A stretch of 64,000 nucleotides of DNA from Bradyrhizobium sp. (GTDB taxonomy: Bacteria; Pseudomonadota; Alphaproteobacteria; Rhizobiales; Xanthobacteraceae). This document shows positions 18,721 to 26,656 of this stretch, piece by piece (within the stretch, counting starts at the first letter, position 1; each line of letters begins with the position of its first letter). The translations under genes were made by a program, and so were the position numbers. The notes beneath the pieces were generated by a model. That model was not told the DNA's origin. It was given only the letters and a program-made list of their open reading frames with translations, and did no database searches. Where the stretch lies: contig NZ_DATGFH010000132.1 in the NCBI RefSeq assembly GCF_035309285.1, positions 12,995 to 76,994 of the forward strand. The letters run 5' to 3'.

Positions 18721-19728
18721 TTAAAGCTGTCCCGTCGCCTTCTCCATCAGACCCCAGGCCTCTGCGCCGAACTTGGCTTTCCAGTCGTTATAAAAGCCGG
18801 CCGTCCGCAGCGCGTCGCGGAACGGCTTGGTATCGACCTTGTTGAAGACGACGCCGGTCGCCTGCATTTCGGTCTGCGCCTTGTCGTTGAACTGCCGGAT
18901 GTCCTGCCGCTCCTTCATCGCCGCGTCCGAAAGCGCGGCCGTGATCGCGTCACGCACATTCTGGGGCAGCCCATTCCAGCGCGTGGCGTTGGCGAAGATG
19001 TAATGTCCATCCCAAATGTGGCCGGACAGCGCGACATATTTCTGCACCTCATAGAGCTTTGCGCTCTGGATCAGCGCCAGCGGATTTTCCTCGCCGTCGA
19101 CCACGTGGGTCTGCAGCGCGGCATAGAGCTCGCCGAAATCGATCGGCGTCGGCGCCGCGCCGAGCGTCTTGAACAGGCTCACCCACAAGGGATTGCCGGG
19201 GACGCGGATTTTGAAGCCCTTGAGATCGTCAGGCGAATGGATCGGCTTCGCGCTCGAGGTGATGTTGCGATAGCCGTTGTCGAGGCATTTCGGCAGCACG
19301 TGAAGGCCGACCTTGGCGAACTCGCCGCGCACGAAATCGCCGAGACCGCCGTCCATGGCCGCCCACACCTGGTCGTAGCTTTCGAAGGCGAAGGCGACTG
19401 CGTTGATGCCGCCGACCGGCACCACGGTCTGGTTCACTCCCGACGTCGACATGAAATCGAGCGCGCCGGTGCGCGTCTGCGAGAACATGTCGGGCTCGCT
19501 ACCGAGCTGGCTGTTCGGATAGACCTGCAGATCGACCGCGCCGTTCGTCTGCTTCTTGATGGCTGCCGCGGCTTCGATGATGCGCACCACGCCCGGATGG
19601 CTTGCGGGAAAAGCGGTGCCATAGCGGAGCCGGTATTTGGCGGTGTCGGCTTTGGCGCTCAGACCCGGCAGGGCTATGGCGGCGGTGGCGAGCGTTGCTC
19701 CAACAAAGGAGCGGCGAGACAAGTGCAT
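18721..19728 (-). CDS. dctP: TRAP transporter substrate-binding protein (DctP family), Tat-type leader
   Basis: SRRSFV leader; VYPNSQLGSE, DLKGFKIRVP, ELYAALQTHVVDGEENP. Confidence 0.93.
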   Translation of the reverse strand: MHLSRRSFVGATLATAAIALPGLSAKADTAKYRLRYGTAFPASHPGVVRIIEAAAAIKKQTNGAVDLQVYPNSQLGSEPDMFSQTRTGALDFMSTSGVNQTVVPVGGINAVAFAFESYDQVWAAMDGGLGDFVRGEFAKVGLHVLPKCLDNGYRNITSSAKPIHSPDDLKGFKIRVPGNPLWVSLFKTLGAAPTPIDFGELYAALQTHVVDGEENPLALIQSAKLYEVQKYVALSGHIWDGHYIFANATRWNGLPQNVRDAITAALSDAAMKERQDIRQFNDKAQTEMQATGVVFNKVDTKPFRDALRTAGFYNDWKAKFGAEAWGLMEKATGQL

Positions 19729-19804
19729 GATGGACCTCCCTGAAAAAACATGGACTGCCCCTTACCGGGGTCTTGGATTCTTATCTTTCGAATGCTGGTT
19801 ATAA

Positions 19805-19862
19805 TGGATACTAGATCAAGCATCAACAGAAAACTTGTATCCAAGTTTTAGCAGTGCTAAAA
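19805..19862. promoter_or_regulatory. Putative GntR-type operators in the divergent dctP/rspB promoter
   Basis: Palindrome AAAACTTG-TATC-CAAGTTTT (19830-19849) overlaps palindrome TTTTAGCA-G-TGCTAAAA (19846-19862); related word TGGATACTAG at 19805-19814. Confidence 0.6.
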
Positions 19863-19941
19863 ATCGCGAGCTCTAGAGCGCCGAACGGCCAGTGCCGAGC
19901 GGGCGGCCGCGCCAAAACGTTAGAGAAAACAGGAGGAAGCC

Positions 19942-20952
19942 ATGAGGAGCCTGGTGGTCGAGCGGCCCGGCAGCCTCTCGATCGAAAAGCGTCCCCTCCC
20001 TGAGCCGGCCCCCGGTGAAGTCCGCGTCCGCGTCGAGCGCGCCGGCATCTGCGGCTCTGATATCCACATCCTGCACGGCAGCAATCCGTTCGCGCGCTAT
20101 CCGCGGGTGATCGGCCACGAATTCTTCGGCCGCATCGATGCCGCAGGCGACGGCGTCGCCATCCGTCCCGGCACGCGCGTCGTGATCGATCCCGTGATCG
20201 GCTGTGGCAACTGCTATCCCTGTTCGGTGGGCCGGCCCAATGTCTGCGCCAATCTGCAGGTGCTGGGCGTTCATCGCGACGGCGGCTTCTCGGAATTTGC
20301 CTGCGTCCCGATCGGCAGCGTTCATGCGCTGCCCGACGGCATCGACGATGTGCAGGCGCCGCTGGTCGAGCCGTTCTCGGTCGCCACCAACATCACCGAC
20401 CACACCGGCGCCTATGCCACCGACACCGCGCTGGTCTATGGCGCGGGGCCGATCGGGCTCACGGTGATCCAGGTCCTGAAATACATTTATGGCGTGCGCG
20501 AGCTGATCGTCACCGATCGGATCGACGCGCGGCTGGAAGCTGCGCGCGCCAACGGCGCCGATCGCGCGATCAACACTGCCCGCATCGATCTGCCGACCGA
20601 GCTTGCCTCACTGGCAATCCGCCCCACGCTGCTGATCGATGCCGCCTGCCATCCGAGCATTCTCGGCGAAGCCATCGAGATCGCTTCCCCTGCCGCGCGC
20701 ATCGGCATCATGGGCTTCTCTGGCGATCCTTCCACGATCGTGCAGCAGAGGATCACCAGCAAGGAGCTGGCGATCCATTCATCGCGGCTGAATTGCGGAA
20801 AATTCGCCAAGGTGATCGACTGGTTCGCGACCGGCCGCCTCCACCCCGAGCGGCTGGTCACTCACCGCTACGGCATTGCCGACTACGCCACTGCCTTCGA
20901 CACGTTCGAACACAATCAGACCGAATGCTGCAAGGTGCAGCTCACGTTTTGA
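19942..20952 (+). CDS. rspB: Zn-dependent dehydrogenase, RspB / L-gulonate 5-dehydrogenase-like
   Basis: GICGSDIH, GHEFFG, CGNCYPC..GRPNVC, YGAGPIG, SKELAIHSSRLN, CCKVQLTF; GGAGG RBS. Confidence 0.85.
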   Translation: MRSLVVERPGSLSIEKRPLPEPAPGEVRVRVERAGICGSDIHILHGSNPFARYPRVIGHEFFGRIDAAGDGVAIRPGTRVVIDPVIGCGNCYPCSVGRPNVCANLQVLGVHRDGGFSEFACVPIGSVHALPDGIDDVQAPLVEPFSVATNITDHTGAYATDTALVYGAGPIGLTVIQVLKYIYGVRELIVTDRIDARLEAARANGADRAINTARIDLPTELASLAIRPTLLIDAACHPSILGEAIEIASPAARIGIMGFSGDPSTIVQQRITSKELAIHSSRLNCGKFAKVIDWFATGRLHPERLVTHRYGIADYATAFDTFEHNQTECCKVQLTF

Positions 20953-20971
20953 GGCGAGCCCGCGCGAGAAG

Positions 20972-22441
20972 ATGAACCGCCTCTGCAACGCCGCGCTCAG
21001 CCGGCTGCCGGCGCTGATCGAGCGGCCGGCCTACGACCGGACAAGGATGACAACCGGGATCGTGCATCTCGGCATCGGCGCCTTTCAGCGCGCGCATCAG
21101 GCCGTCTACACCGACGCGCTGTTGGCCGACGACCCGAGCTGGGGGATTCTGGGCGTCTCGCTGCGTTCGCCCGACACCCGCGATGCGCTCGCTCCGCAGG
21201 ACGGTCTCTACAGTGTCTCCGCGACCGATGATCGTGGCACAGGATGCCGTGTGATCGGCGCGCTGACCGGGCTGATCGTCGCCCCCGAGGATCCGGCTTT
21301 GCTCGGTGAACGCCTCGCCGATCCGGCAGTGCGCATCGTCTCCACCACCGTGACGGAGAAAGGCTATAGCCACGATCCCGCAACCGGCGCCTTGCGCGAA
21401 GACGATCCCGACATCCGCCATGACGTCAGGCATATCGACCGGCCACGCACCACGCTTGGCACCATCGTCGGCGGCCTGAAGCGGCGGCGCAACGCCGGCC
21501 TCGCGCCCTTCACCGTGCTCGCCTGCGACAATCTTCCGTCCAACGGCCATACGCTACGCAGCCTCGTGCTCCGCTTCGCCGAACTCCATGATCCCGATCT
21601 GAGCCGATGGATCGCCGGCGAGGTCCGCTTTCCCTCGACCATGGTCGACCGCATCGTGCCCGCGACCACCGACGCCGATCGCGCCGTGGCCAAATATGCC
21701 CTCGGTCTCGAAGATGCCTGGCCGATCATGACCGAACGCTTCAGCCAGTGGGTGATCGAGGACGATTTCAACCTGGGCCGCCCGGAATGGGATCGCAGCG
21801 GCGCGCAATTCGTGCGCGATGTTGCGCCCTATGAACTGATGAAGCTGCGACTCTTGAACGGATCGCATTCGACGCTTGCCTATCTCGGCTATCTGATGGG
21901 GGCCGAGACGGTCGCGGACGCGATGAACGAGCCTGCGCTGGCCCGCCTGGTCGAAGAGCTGATGCGGCTGGAAGTCACGCCGACCCTGCCATCGCTCGGC
22001 GGCTTCGACCTCGCCGCCTATCGCGCCTCGTTGCTCGAGCGCTTCCGCAACCCGTCGCTGCGCCACCGCACCTGGCAGATCGCGATGGACGGCTCGCAAA
22101 AGCTGCCGCAGCGGCTGCTCGGCACCATCCGCGATCGCCTGGCCCAAGGCCTGCCGATCGATCGGCTGGCGCTCGGCGTCGCCGCCTGGATGCGCTACGT
22201 CACGGGCATCGACGAAAAGCAAAAGCCCATCGACGTTCGTGACCCGCTCGCATCGCGCCTGAAGGCACTCACTGAAGCGGCCGGTCCGATCGCCTCGCGG
22301 CTCGCTCCCGCACTCCTGTCGATCAAGGAAATCTTCGGCTCCGACCTGCCAACCAATCCTGCCTTTACGGCGCCCGTCGAGGCGGCGCTCGACAGACTGT
22401 TCAGGATAGGCGCGCGCGATCTCTGCGGCCAGATGATCTGA
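20972..22441 (+). CDS. uxuB: Mannitol dehydrogenase family protein (D-mannonate oxidoreductase / fructuronate reductase)
   Basis: GIVHLGIGAFQRAHQA, TVTEKGY, CDNLPSNG, FPSTMVDRIVP, MKLRLLNGSHS, RFRNP, IAMDGSQKLPQR. Confidence 0.9.
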   Translation: MNRLCNAALSRLPALIERPAYDRTRMTTGIVHLGIGAFQRAHQAVYTDALLADDPSWGILGVSLRSPDTRDALAPQDGLYSVSATDDRGTGCRVIGALTGLIVAPEDPALLGERLADPAVRIVSTTVTEKGYSHDPATGALREDDPDIRHDVRHIDRPRTTLGTIVGGLKRRRNAGLAPFTVLACDNLPSNGHTLRSLVLRFAELHDPDLSRWIAGEVRFPSTMVDRIVPATTDADRAVAKYALGLEDAWPIMTERFSQWVIEDDFNLGRPEWDRSGAQFVRDVAPYELMKLRLLNGSHSTLAYLGYLMGAETVADAMNEPALARLVEELMRLEVTPTLPSLGGFDLAAYRASLLERFRNPSLRHRTWQIAMDGSQKLPQRLLGTIRDRLAQGLPIDRLALGVAAWMRYVTGIDEKQKPIDVRDPLASRLKALTEAAGPIASRLAPALLSIKEIFGSDLPTNPAFTAPVEAALDRLFRIGARDLCGQMI

Positions 22442-22482
22442 CCGCAAGACCTCCGTTGACTACGCCGGCGTCGCCGCGGTGA

Positions 22483-22866
22483 TCAGGAGCCTTCAACTTC
22501 CTTGAATGCTTCGCGCGCGTTGCGGAACGCGTCGATGCCGGAGGGGATACCGCAATAGACGGCGACCTGAAGCAGGATCTCCTTGATCTCGTCCTTGGTG
22601 AGACCATTTTTCAGCGCGCCCTTGACGTGCAGCTTCAGCTCGTGAGGACGATTGAGCGCGCCGAGCATCGCGAGATTGACGATGCTTCGGGTTCGGCGGT
22701 CGAGGCCCGGCCGCGTCCATAACGCGCCCCAGCAGAACTCCGTCGACCACTCCGCCATGGTCCGCGTGAACTCGTCCGCGCCGGCAATGGATTTGTTGAC
22801 GTAATCCTCCCCCAGCACTTCCTTGCGAACCTTGAGGCCTTTTTCGAACAGCGGGCTCTGGCTCAT
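22483..22866 (-). CDS. Carboxymuconolactone decarboxylase family protein (PcaC-like)
   Basis: GLKVRKEVLG, WG..WTRPGLDRRTRS, ELKLHVKGALKNG, AVYCGIP; GGAG RBS upstream of ATG 22866. Confidence 0.9.
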   Translation of the reverse strand: MSQSPLFEKGLKVRKEVLGEDYVNKSIAGADEFTRTMAEWSTEFCWGALWTRPGLDRRTRSIVNLAMLGALNRPHELKLHVKGALKNGLTKDEIKEILLQVAVYCGIPSGIDAFRNAREAFKEVEGS

Positions 22867-22934
22867 CGTCGATGTCTCCTTTTTGGCGTTCCCCTGGAAA
22901 TCTACGCCGCCGCGCACACGACTGTCGATGGAAA

Positions 22935-22972
22935 TGTCTGCTTGACAGATTGACTGACAATCCGGACAGTCA
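22935..22972. promoter_or_regulatory. Putative divergent promoter / GntR operator
   Basis: Perfect -35 TTGACA (22942-22947); inverted repeat TGACTG-N10-CAGTCA (22951-22972). Confidence 0.4.
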
Positions 22973-23037
22973 GCGCAAACGGCCTCCGGGGAACGCCCCG
23001 GTACGGACCACATCAAACGCGGCATGGAGCGAAGACA

Positions 23038-23931
23038 ATGGCGGTGCATACGATCGGCTTCATTGGCACGGGCCGCATGGGCGGACCGATGGCCGGGCGG
23101 CTTCTGGACGCCGGCTATGCGCTCTCCATCCATGACACGCAGAGCGAAGCGACCAAACCGCTGATTGCGCGCGGCGCGCGCCTTGCGAGCTCGCCGGCCG
23201 AGGTCGCTTCCGCCTCCGACATCGTGCTGACGAGCCAGCCGACGCCAGACATCGTCAAGGCCGTGGCGCTTGGGCCCAACGGAATTTCCTCGGGCAATCG
23301 CGCCCGTATCGTGATCGATCTTTCGACTTCGGGCCCCGGCACGGCCAAATTGATCGCACAGGAGTTCAAGCTAAGAAACCTGACGCTGGTCGATGCACCC
23401 GTCAGCGGCGGCATCAAGGGCGCGGTGAACGGCACGCTCGCGGTCATGGTCTCCTGCCCAAAGGAGACCTACGCGACCGTCGCGCCGATCCTGAAGAATT
23501 TCGGCAAGCTGTTCTATACCGGCGACAAGCCCGGCACGGCGCAGACTGCAAAGCTCGCCAACAATCTGATGGCGGCGACCGCACTCGTGATCACCTCCGA
23601 AGCCGTCGCGATGGGCGTCAAGGGCGGCGTCGACGCAAAAGTGCTGATCGACATCATCAATGCCTCGAGCGGCCGCAATACCGCCTCCGAGGACAAGTTT
23701 CCGCGCGCCGTGCTCCCCGGCACCTTCGACTTCGGCTTCACCACCGGCCTCTCCTACAAGGACGTCCGGCTTTGCATCGATGAAGCCGAAGCCATGGGCG
23801 TGCCGATGGTCTGCGGCGCGGCGGTCAGACAGATGCTCGCCATCACCAACGCGAAATTTGGCGCATCATCCGACTTCACCTCGATCGCAAAAGTCCTCGA
23901 GGAATGGGCCGGCGTTGAGATGCGCGGCTGA
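23038..23931 (+). CDS. NAD(P)-dependent beta-hydroxyacid dehydrogenase (3-hydroxyisobutyrate / 2-hydroxy-3-oxopropionate reductase family)
   Basis: IGFIGTGRMGGPMA, IDLSTS, DAPVSGG...G.LAVM, AKLANN. Confidence 0.9.
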   Translation: MAVHTIGFIGTGRMGGPMAGRLLDAGYALSIHDTQSEATKPLIARGARLASSPAEVASASDIVLTSQPTPDIVKAVALGPNGISSGNRARIVIDLSTSGPGTAKLIAQEFKLRNLTLVDAPVSGGIKGAVNGTLAVMVSCPKETYATVAPILKNFGKLFYTGDKPGTAQTAKLANNLMAATALVITSEAVAMGVKGGVDAKVLIDIINASSGRNTASEDKFPRAVLPGTFDFGFTTGLSYKDVRLCIDEAEAMGVPMVCGAAVRQMLAITNAKFGASSDFTSIAKVLEEWAGVEMRG

Positions 23932-23957
23932 CGCGGCTGGAAAAAACGAGGGGGTCG

Positions 23958-24737
23958 ATGTCGGCGCTGTCGGGCAAATGGGCTCTCGTCACCGGCTCGG
24001 CGGCCGGGCTCGGGCTTGCGATTGCCGAAAGCCTTGCAGCCGCCGGTGCGAACCTCGTCGTGCATGATCTCGCCGCACCGCGCGAGGTCGCCGAAAGCCT
24101 CAAGTCCCGCTTTGGCGCGGAAGCAATCAGCGTTGCCGCTGACCTGTCGCGCCGAGCAGCGATCGAAAGCATGATGAGCGATCTGCTGGCGCGTCTCGAC
24201 GGCATCGACATCCTCGTCAACAATGCCGTGGTCCGGCATTTTGCGTCCGTTGAGGATTTCTCGCCGGACCGTTGGGATGAGGCGCTCGCCGTCAACCTGT
24301 CCGCGCCGTTCCATCTCGTGCGCCTCGCGCTGCCGGCCATGAAGCAGCGCGGCTTTGGCCGCATCATCAATCTGGGTTCGATCTATTCGACGCGGGCGGT
24401 TGCGGAGCGGATCGACTACGTCACCACGAAAGCCGCGATCGTCGGCATGACCCGTGCGATCGCGATCGAAACGGCGGCAACGAACATCACCTGCAATGCG
24501 CTATGTCCGGGCGTGCTGCCGACATCTGCGATCAAATCGAAGATCGCAGCCGGCGCTGCACGCGAGGGGCGCGCGGTCGACGAGGCCACGCGCGATTATC
24601 TCGCGGCGCGCCAGCCGAGCGGGCGCTTCGTCGCAACCGAAGGCGTCGGCGCCATGGCCGTCTACCTGTGCAGTGAGGCCGCGCGGGATATCACCGGCGC
24701 CGCCCTTCCGATCGATGGAGGATGGTCGATCGCATGA
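23958..24737 (+). CDS. Short-chain dehydrogenase/reductase (3-hydroxybutyrate dehydrogenase-like)
   Basis: TGSAAGLG, DILVNNA, YVTTK (YxxxK), NALCPG, ITGAALPIDGGW. Confidence 0.88.
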   Translation: MSALSGKWALVTGSAAGLGLAIAESLAAAGANLVVHDLAAPREVAESLKSRFGAEAISVAADLSRRAAIESMMSDLLARLDGIDILVNNAVVRHFASVEDFSPDRWDEALAVNLSAPFHLVRLALPAMKQRGFGRIINLGSIYSTRAVAERIDYVTTKAAIVGMTRAIAIETAATNITCNALCPGVLPTSAIKSKIAAGAAREGRAVDEATRDYLAARQPSGRFVATEGVGAMAVYLCSEAARDITGAALPIDGGWSIA

Positions 24738-24819
24738 CAAAGCCGGGGACAACTCAATTGCGGAAATGCTGATTCGGCGGATAAATCGCTGTTGAACCCA
24801 GGACGAAGGCACTTCGCAA

Positions 24820-25521
24820 ATGGACCGACGCACCGAACTGCAGTCCACGCTTCGCATCGAGGACGTCCCGACTGTCCGCGCGATGGTCGCGCAGAAGCTG
24901 CGCGAGGCCATCATGTCCGGCACCTTGAAGCCGGGCCGGCGCCTCGTCGAGCGCGAGCTCTGCGAGATGATGGGCGTGAGCCGCCCTTCGATCCGCGAGG
25001 CGCTGCGGCTTCTGGAAGCGGACGGGCTCGTCAACACTGTTCCCCACCGCGGCCCCATGGTCAGCACGATCAGCTTGGATGAGGCACGGCAGCTCTATGC
25101 TGCCCGCGCGGTACTCGAGGGCTTTGCCGGCCGCGAATGCGCCCGACTGCACGATCCCCAGGTGGTGCGCCGGATCGGCGATGCGCTGACCCGGCTGAAG
25201 GCGGCGGCCGCGAAACAGGACCTGGTCGGATGCCTCGAAGCCAAGACCGGCTTCTATGCCGCGCTGATCGGCGGCTGCCGCAACAGCTTCATTGAACGGA
25301 TGCTCAAGCCCCTGCATGACCGGATCACGCTGTTGCGGATCACCTCGATGTCGCAGCCCAAGCGGATCACCAAGAGCCTGCGCGAAGTCACCGCGATCTG
25401 GCGCGCAATCCAGAGCGGGGACGAGGATCTTGCCGAACGCTGCTGCGTCGATCACGTCAAGGCTGCGGCGCTTGCCGCGCTAGACATGATCGAGCGGTCG
25501 CAGGCGAAGGACAGACTGTGA
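24820..25521 (+). CDS. GntR (FCD) family transcriptional regulator
   Basis: LKPGRRLVERELCEMMGVSRPSIREALRLLEADGLV...PHRGP. Confidence 0.92.
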   Translation: MDRRTELQSTLRIEDVPTVRAMVAQKLREAIMSGTLKPGRRLVERELCEMMGVSRPSIREALRLLEADGLVNTVPHRGPMVSTISLDEARQLYAARAVLEGFAGRECARLHDPQVVRRIGDALTRLKAAAAKQDLVGCLEAKTGFYAALIGGCRNSFIERMLKPLHDRITLLRITSMSQPKRITKSLREVTAIWRAIQSGDEDLAERCCVDHVKAAALAALDMIERSQAKDRL

Positions 25522-25561
25522 CTATCTCCCGACCAGAGTGGCCGCTGTGCGGCGGTCGCTG

Positions 25562-25636
25562 GCGCAAGGAACCAAACTTGACCCATCGTCGGACAACGGA
25601 ATTGGCGCTAACATAGGCCTCGACGCGACGAGGCCG
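25562..25636 (+). pseudogene. C-terminal relic of a UbiD-family decarboxylase (HmfF-like)
   Basis: Reads AQGTKLDPSSDNGIGANIGLDATRP, matching the UbiD C-terminal LDPS...GxDATxP pattern. No rest of the gene is present. It lies directly upstream of the hmf regulator. Confidence 0.65.
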
Positions 25637-25675
25637 TGGTCACAGGTCCGCTGCACGTTCCTGACGGAGGAGCAC

Positions 25676-26524
25676 ATGTCGAAGGCATTGCGCATCGCGC
25701 ATGGAGCGTTTGGACGGGTCGCGCTCCTCGACATGGACTATTCGCTGGTTCGTCACGCCCATCCGCATTGCCATGTGCTGCTCAAGGTCGAGGGCGGCGA
25801 TACGCAATTCGTGGTCGATGATGCGATCTATCCTTTGACCGATACGAGCGCGGTGCTGGTCAATGGCTGGCAGCCGCATAGCTACGTCCATGTGCCGGAG
25901 CGGCCGCGCACGGTGATCCTCGCGCTCTATATCGAGCCCGAATGGCTGCAGATCTTCCGCCCCGGTTGGGTGGCAAGCGGTGGACCGGGCTTCTTCTCGA
26001 GGCCCGCCAGCGAAATATCGGCGCGGATCCGCAGCCTCGCGATGAATCTCGCCGCCGACATGATGGCCCGGCCGGATTGCCGGACCGCGCATGAGGAAAC
26101 GCTGTCCGACCTGATGATCGCGGTGATCGAGCGCTTCACGCCGTGGAAGAGCTTTCCGGCCTCGATCCGGGAATTGCGCGCGGCGTCCGGCGATTGGCGC
26201 ATCCGCCGCGTGATCGCAGCGATGCGACGCGAGATCGGCGAGGGCGACGATGTTAGTGGCTGGGCGAAGCAAGCCGGCTTGTCGCGTGCGCACTTCTTCC
26301 GCCTGTTCGAATCCTCGATCGGCGTGCCGCCAAAAGTCTACATGAACGTGCTGCGGATGGAGCGCGCGGTGGAACTCGTGCTGAACCGCCCGCAATCGCT
26401 GAGCGACATCAGCTCGGAATTGGGCTTTGCGGAGCCTGCGCATTTCACCCGCTTCTTCCGCAACCATTCCGGAGTCAACCCACGCGAATTCCGCAACGTA
26501 TCCCGCCTCGCCACCGCGCATTAG
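25676..26524 (+). CDS. AraC family transcriptional regulator (probable activator of the hmf operon)
   Basis: GGAGG RBS at 25666-25670; N-terminal cupin-like HAHPHCHVLLK; C-terminal double HTH AGLSRAHFFRLF and ELGFAEPAHFTRFFR..GVNP. Target inferred from adjacency. Confidence 0.9.
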   Translation: MSKALRIAHGAFGRVALLDMDYSLVRHAHPHCHVLLKVEGGDTQFVVDDAIYPLTDTSAVLVNGWQPHSYVHVPERPRTVILALYIEPEWLQIFRPGWVASGGPGFFSRPASEISARIRSLAMNLAADMMARPDCRTAHEETLSDLMIAVIERFTPWKSFPASIRELRAASGDWRIRRVIAAMRREIGEGDDVSGWAKQAGLSRAHFFRLFESSIGVPPKVYMNVLRMERAVELVLNRPQSLSDISSELGFAEPAHFTRFFRNHSGVNPREFRNVSRLATAH

Positions 26525-26548
26525 CCGACGCTGCGGCGCAGCGCAAAA

Positions 26549-26574
26549 TGAGACGCGTTGGTAAGTTTTGAGAC
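26549..26574 (+). promoter_or_regulatory. Putative AraC binding site upstream of hmfA
   Basis: Direct repeat TGAGAC at 26549 and 26569 (20-bp period), the spacing typical of AraC-family tandem half-sites. Confidence 0.5.
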
Positions 26575-26656
26575 CTGCCGGCATGGCGGGCACATTCCGC
26601 GGCTGACTACGTTTCTCCGTAAACGCCAAGAAGGCGTGGTGGGAGAGATCGTCGGG

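Noticed and set aside
25538-25675. AraC protein with a 46-aa N-terminal extension (UbiD-AraC fusion)
   Set aside because: There is a strong GGAGG before ATG 25676 and no clear RBS before GTG 25538. The extension is better explained as a gene relic.
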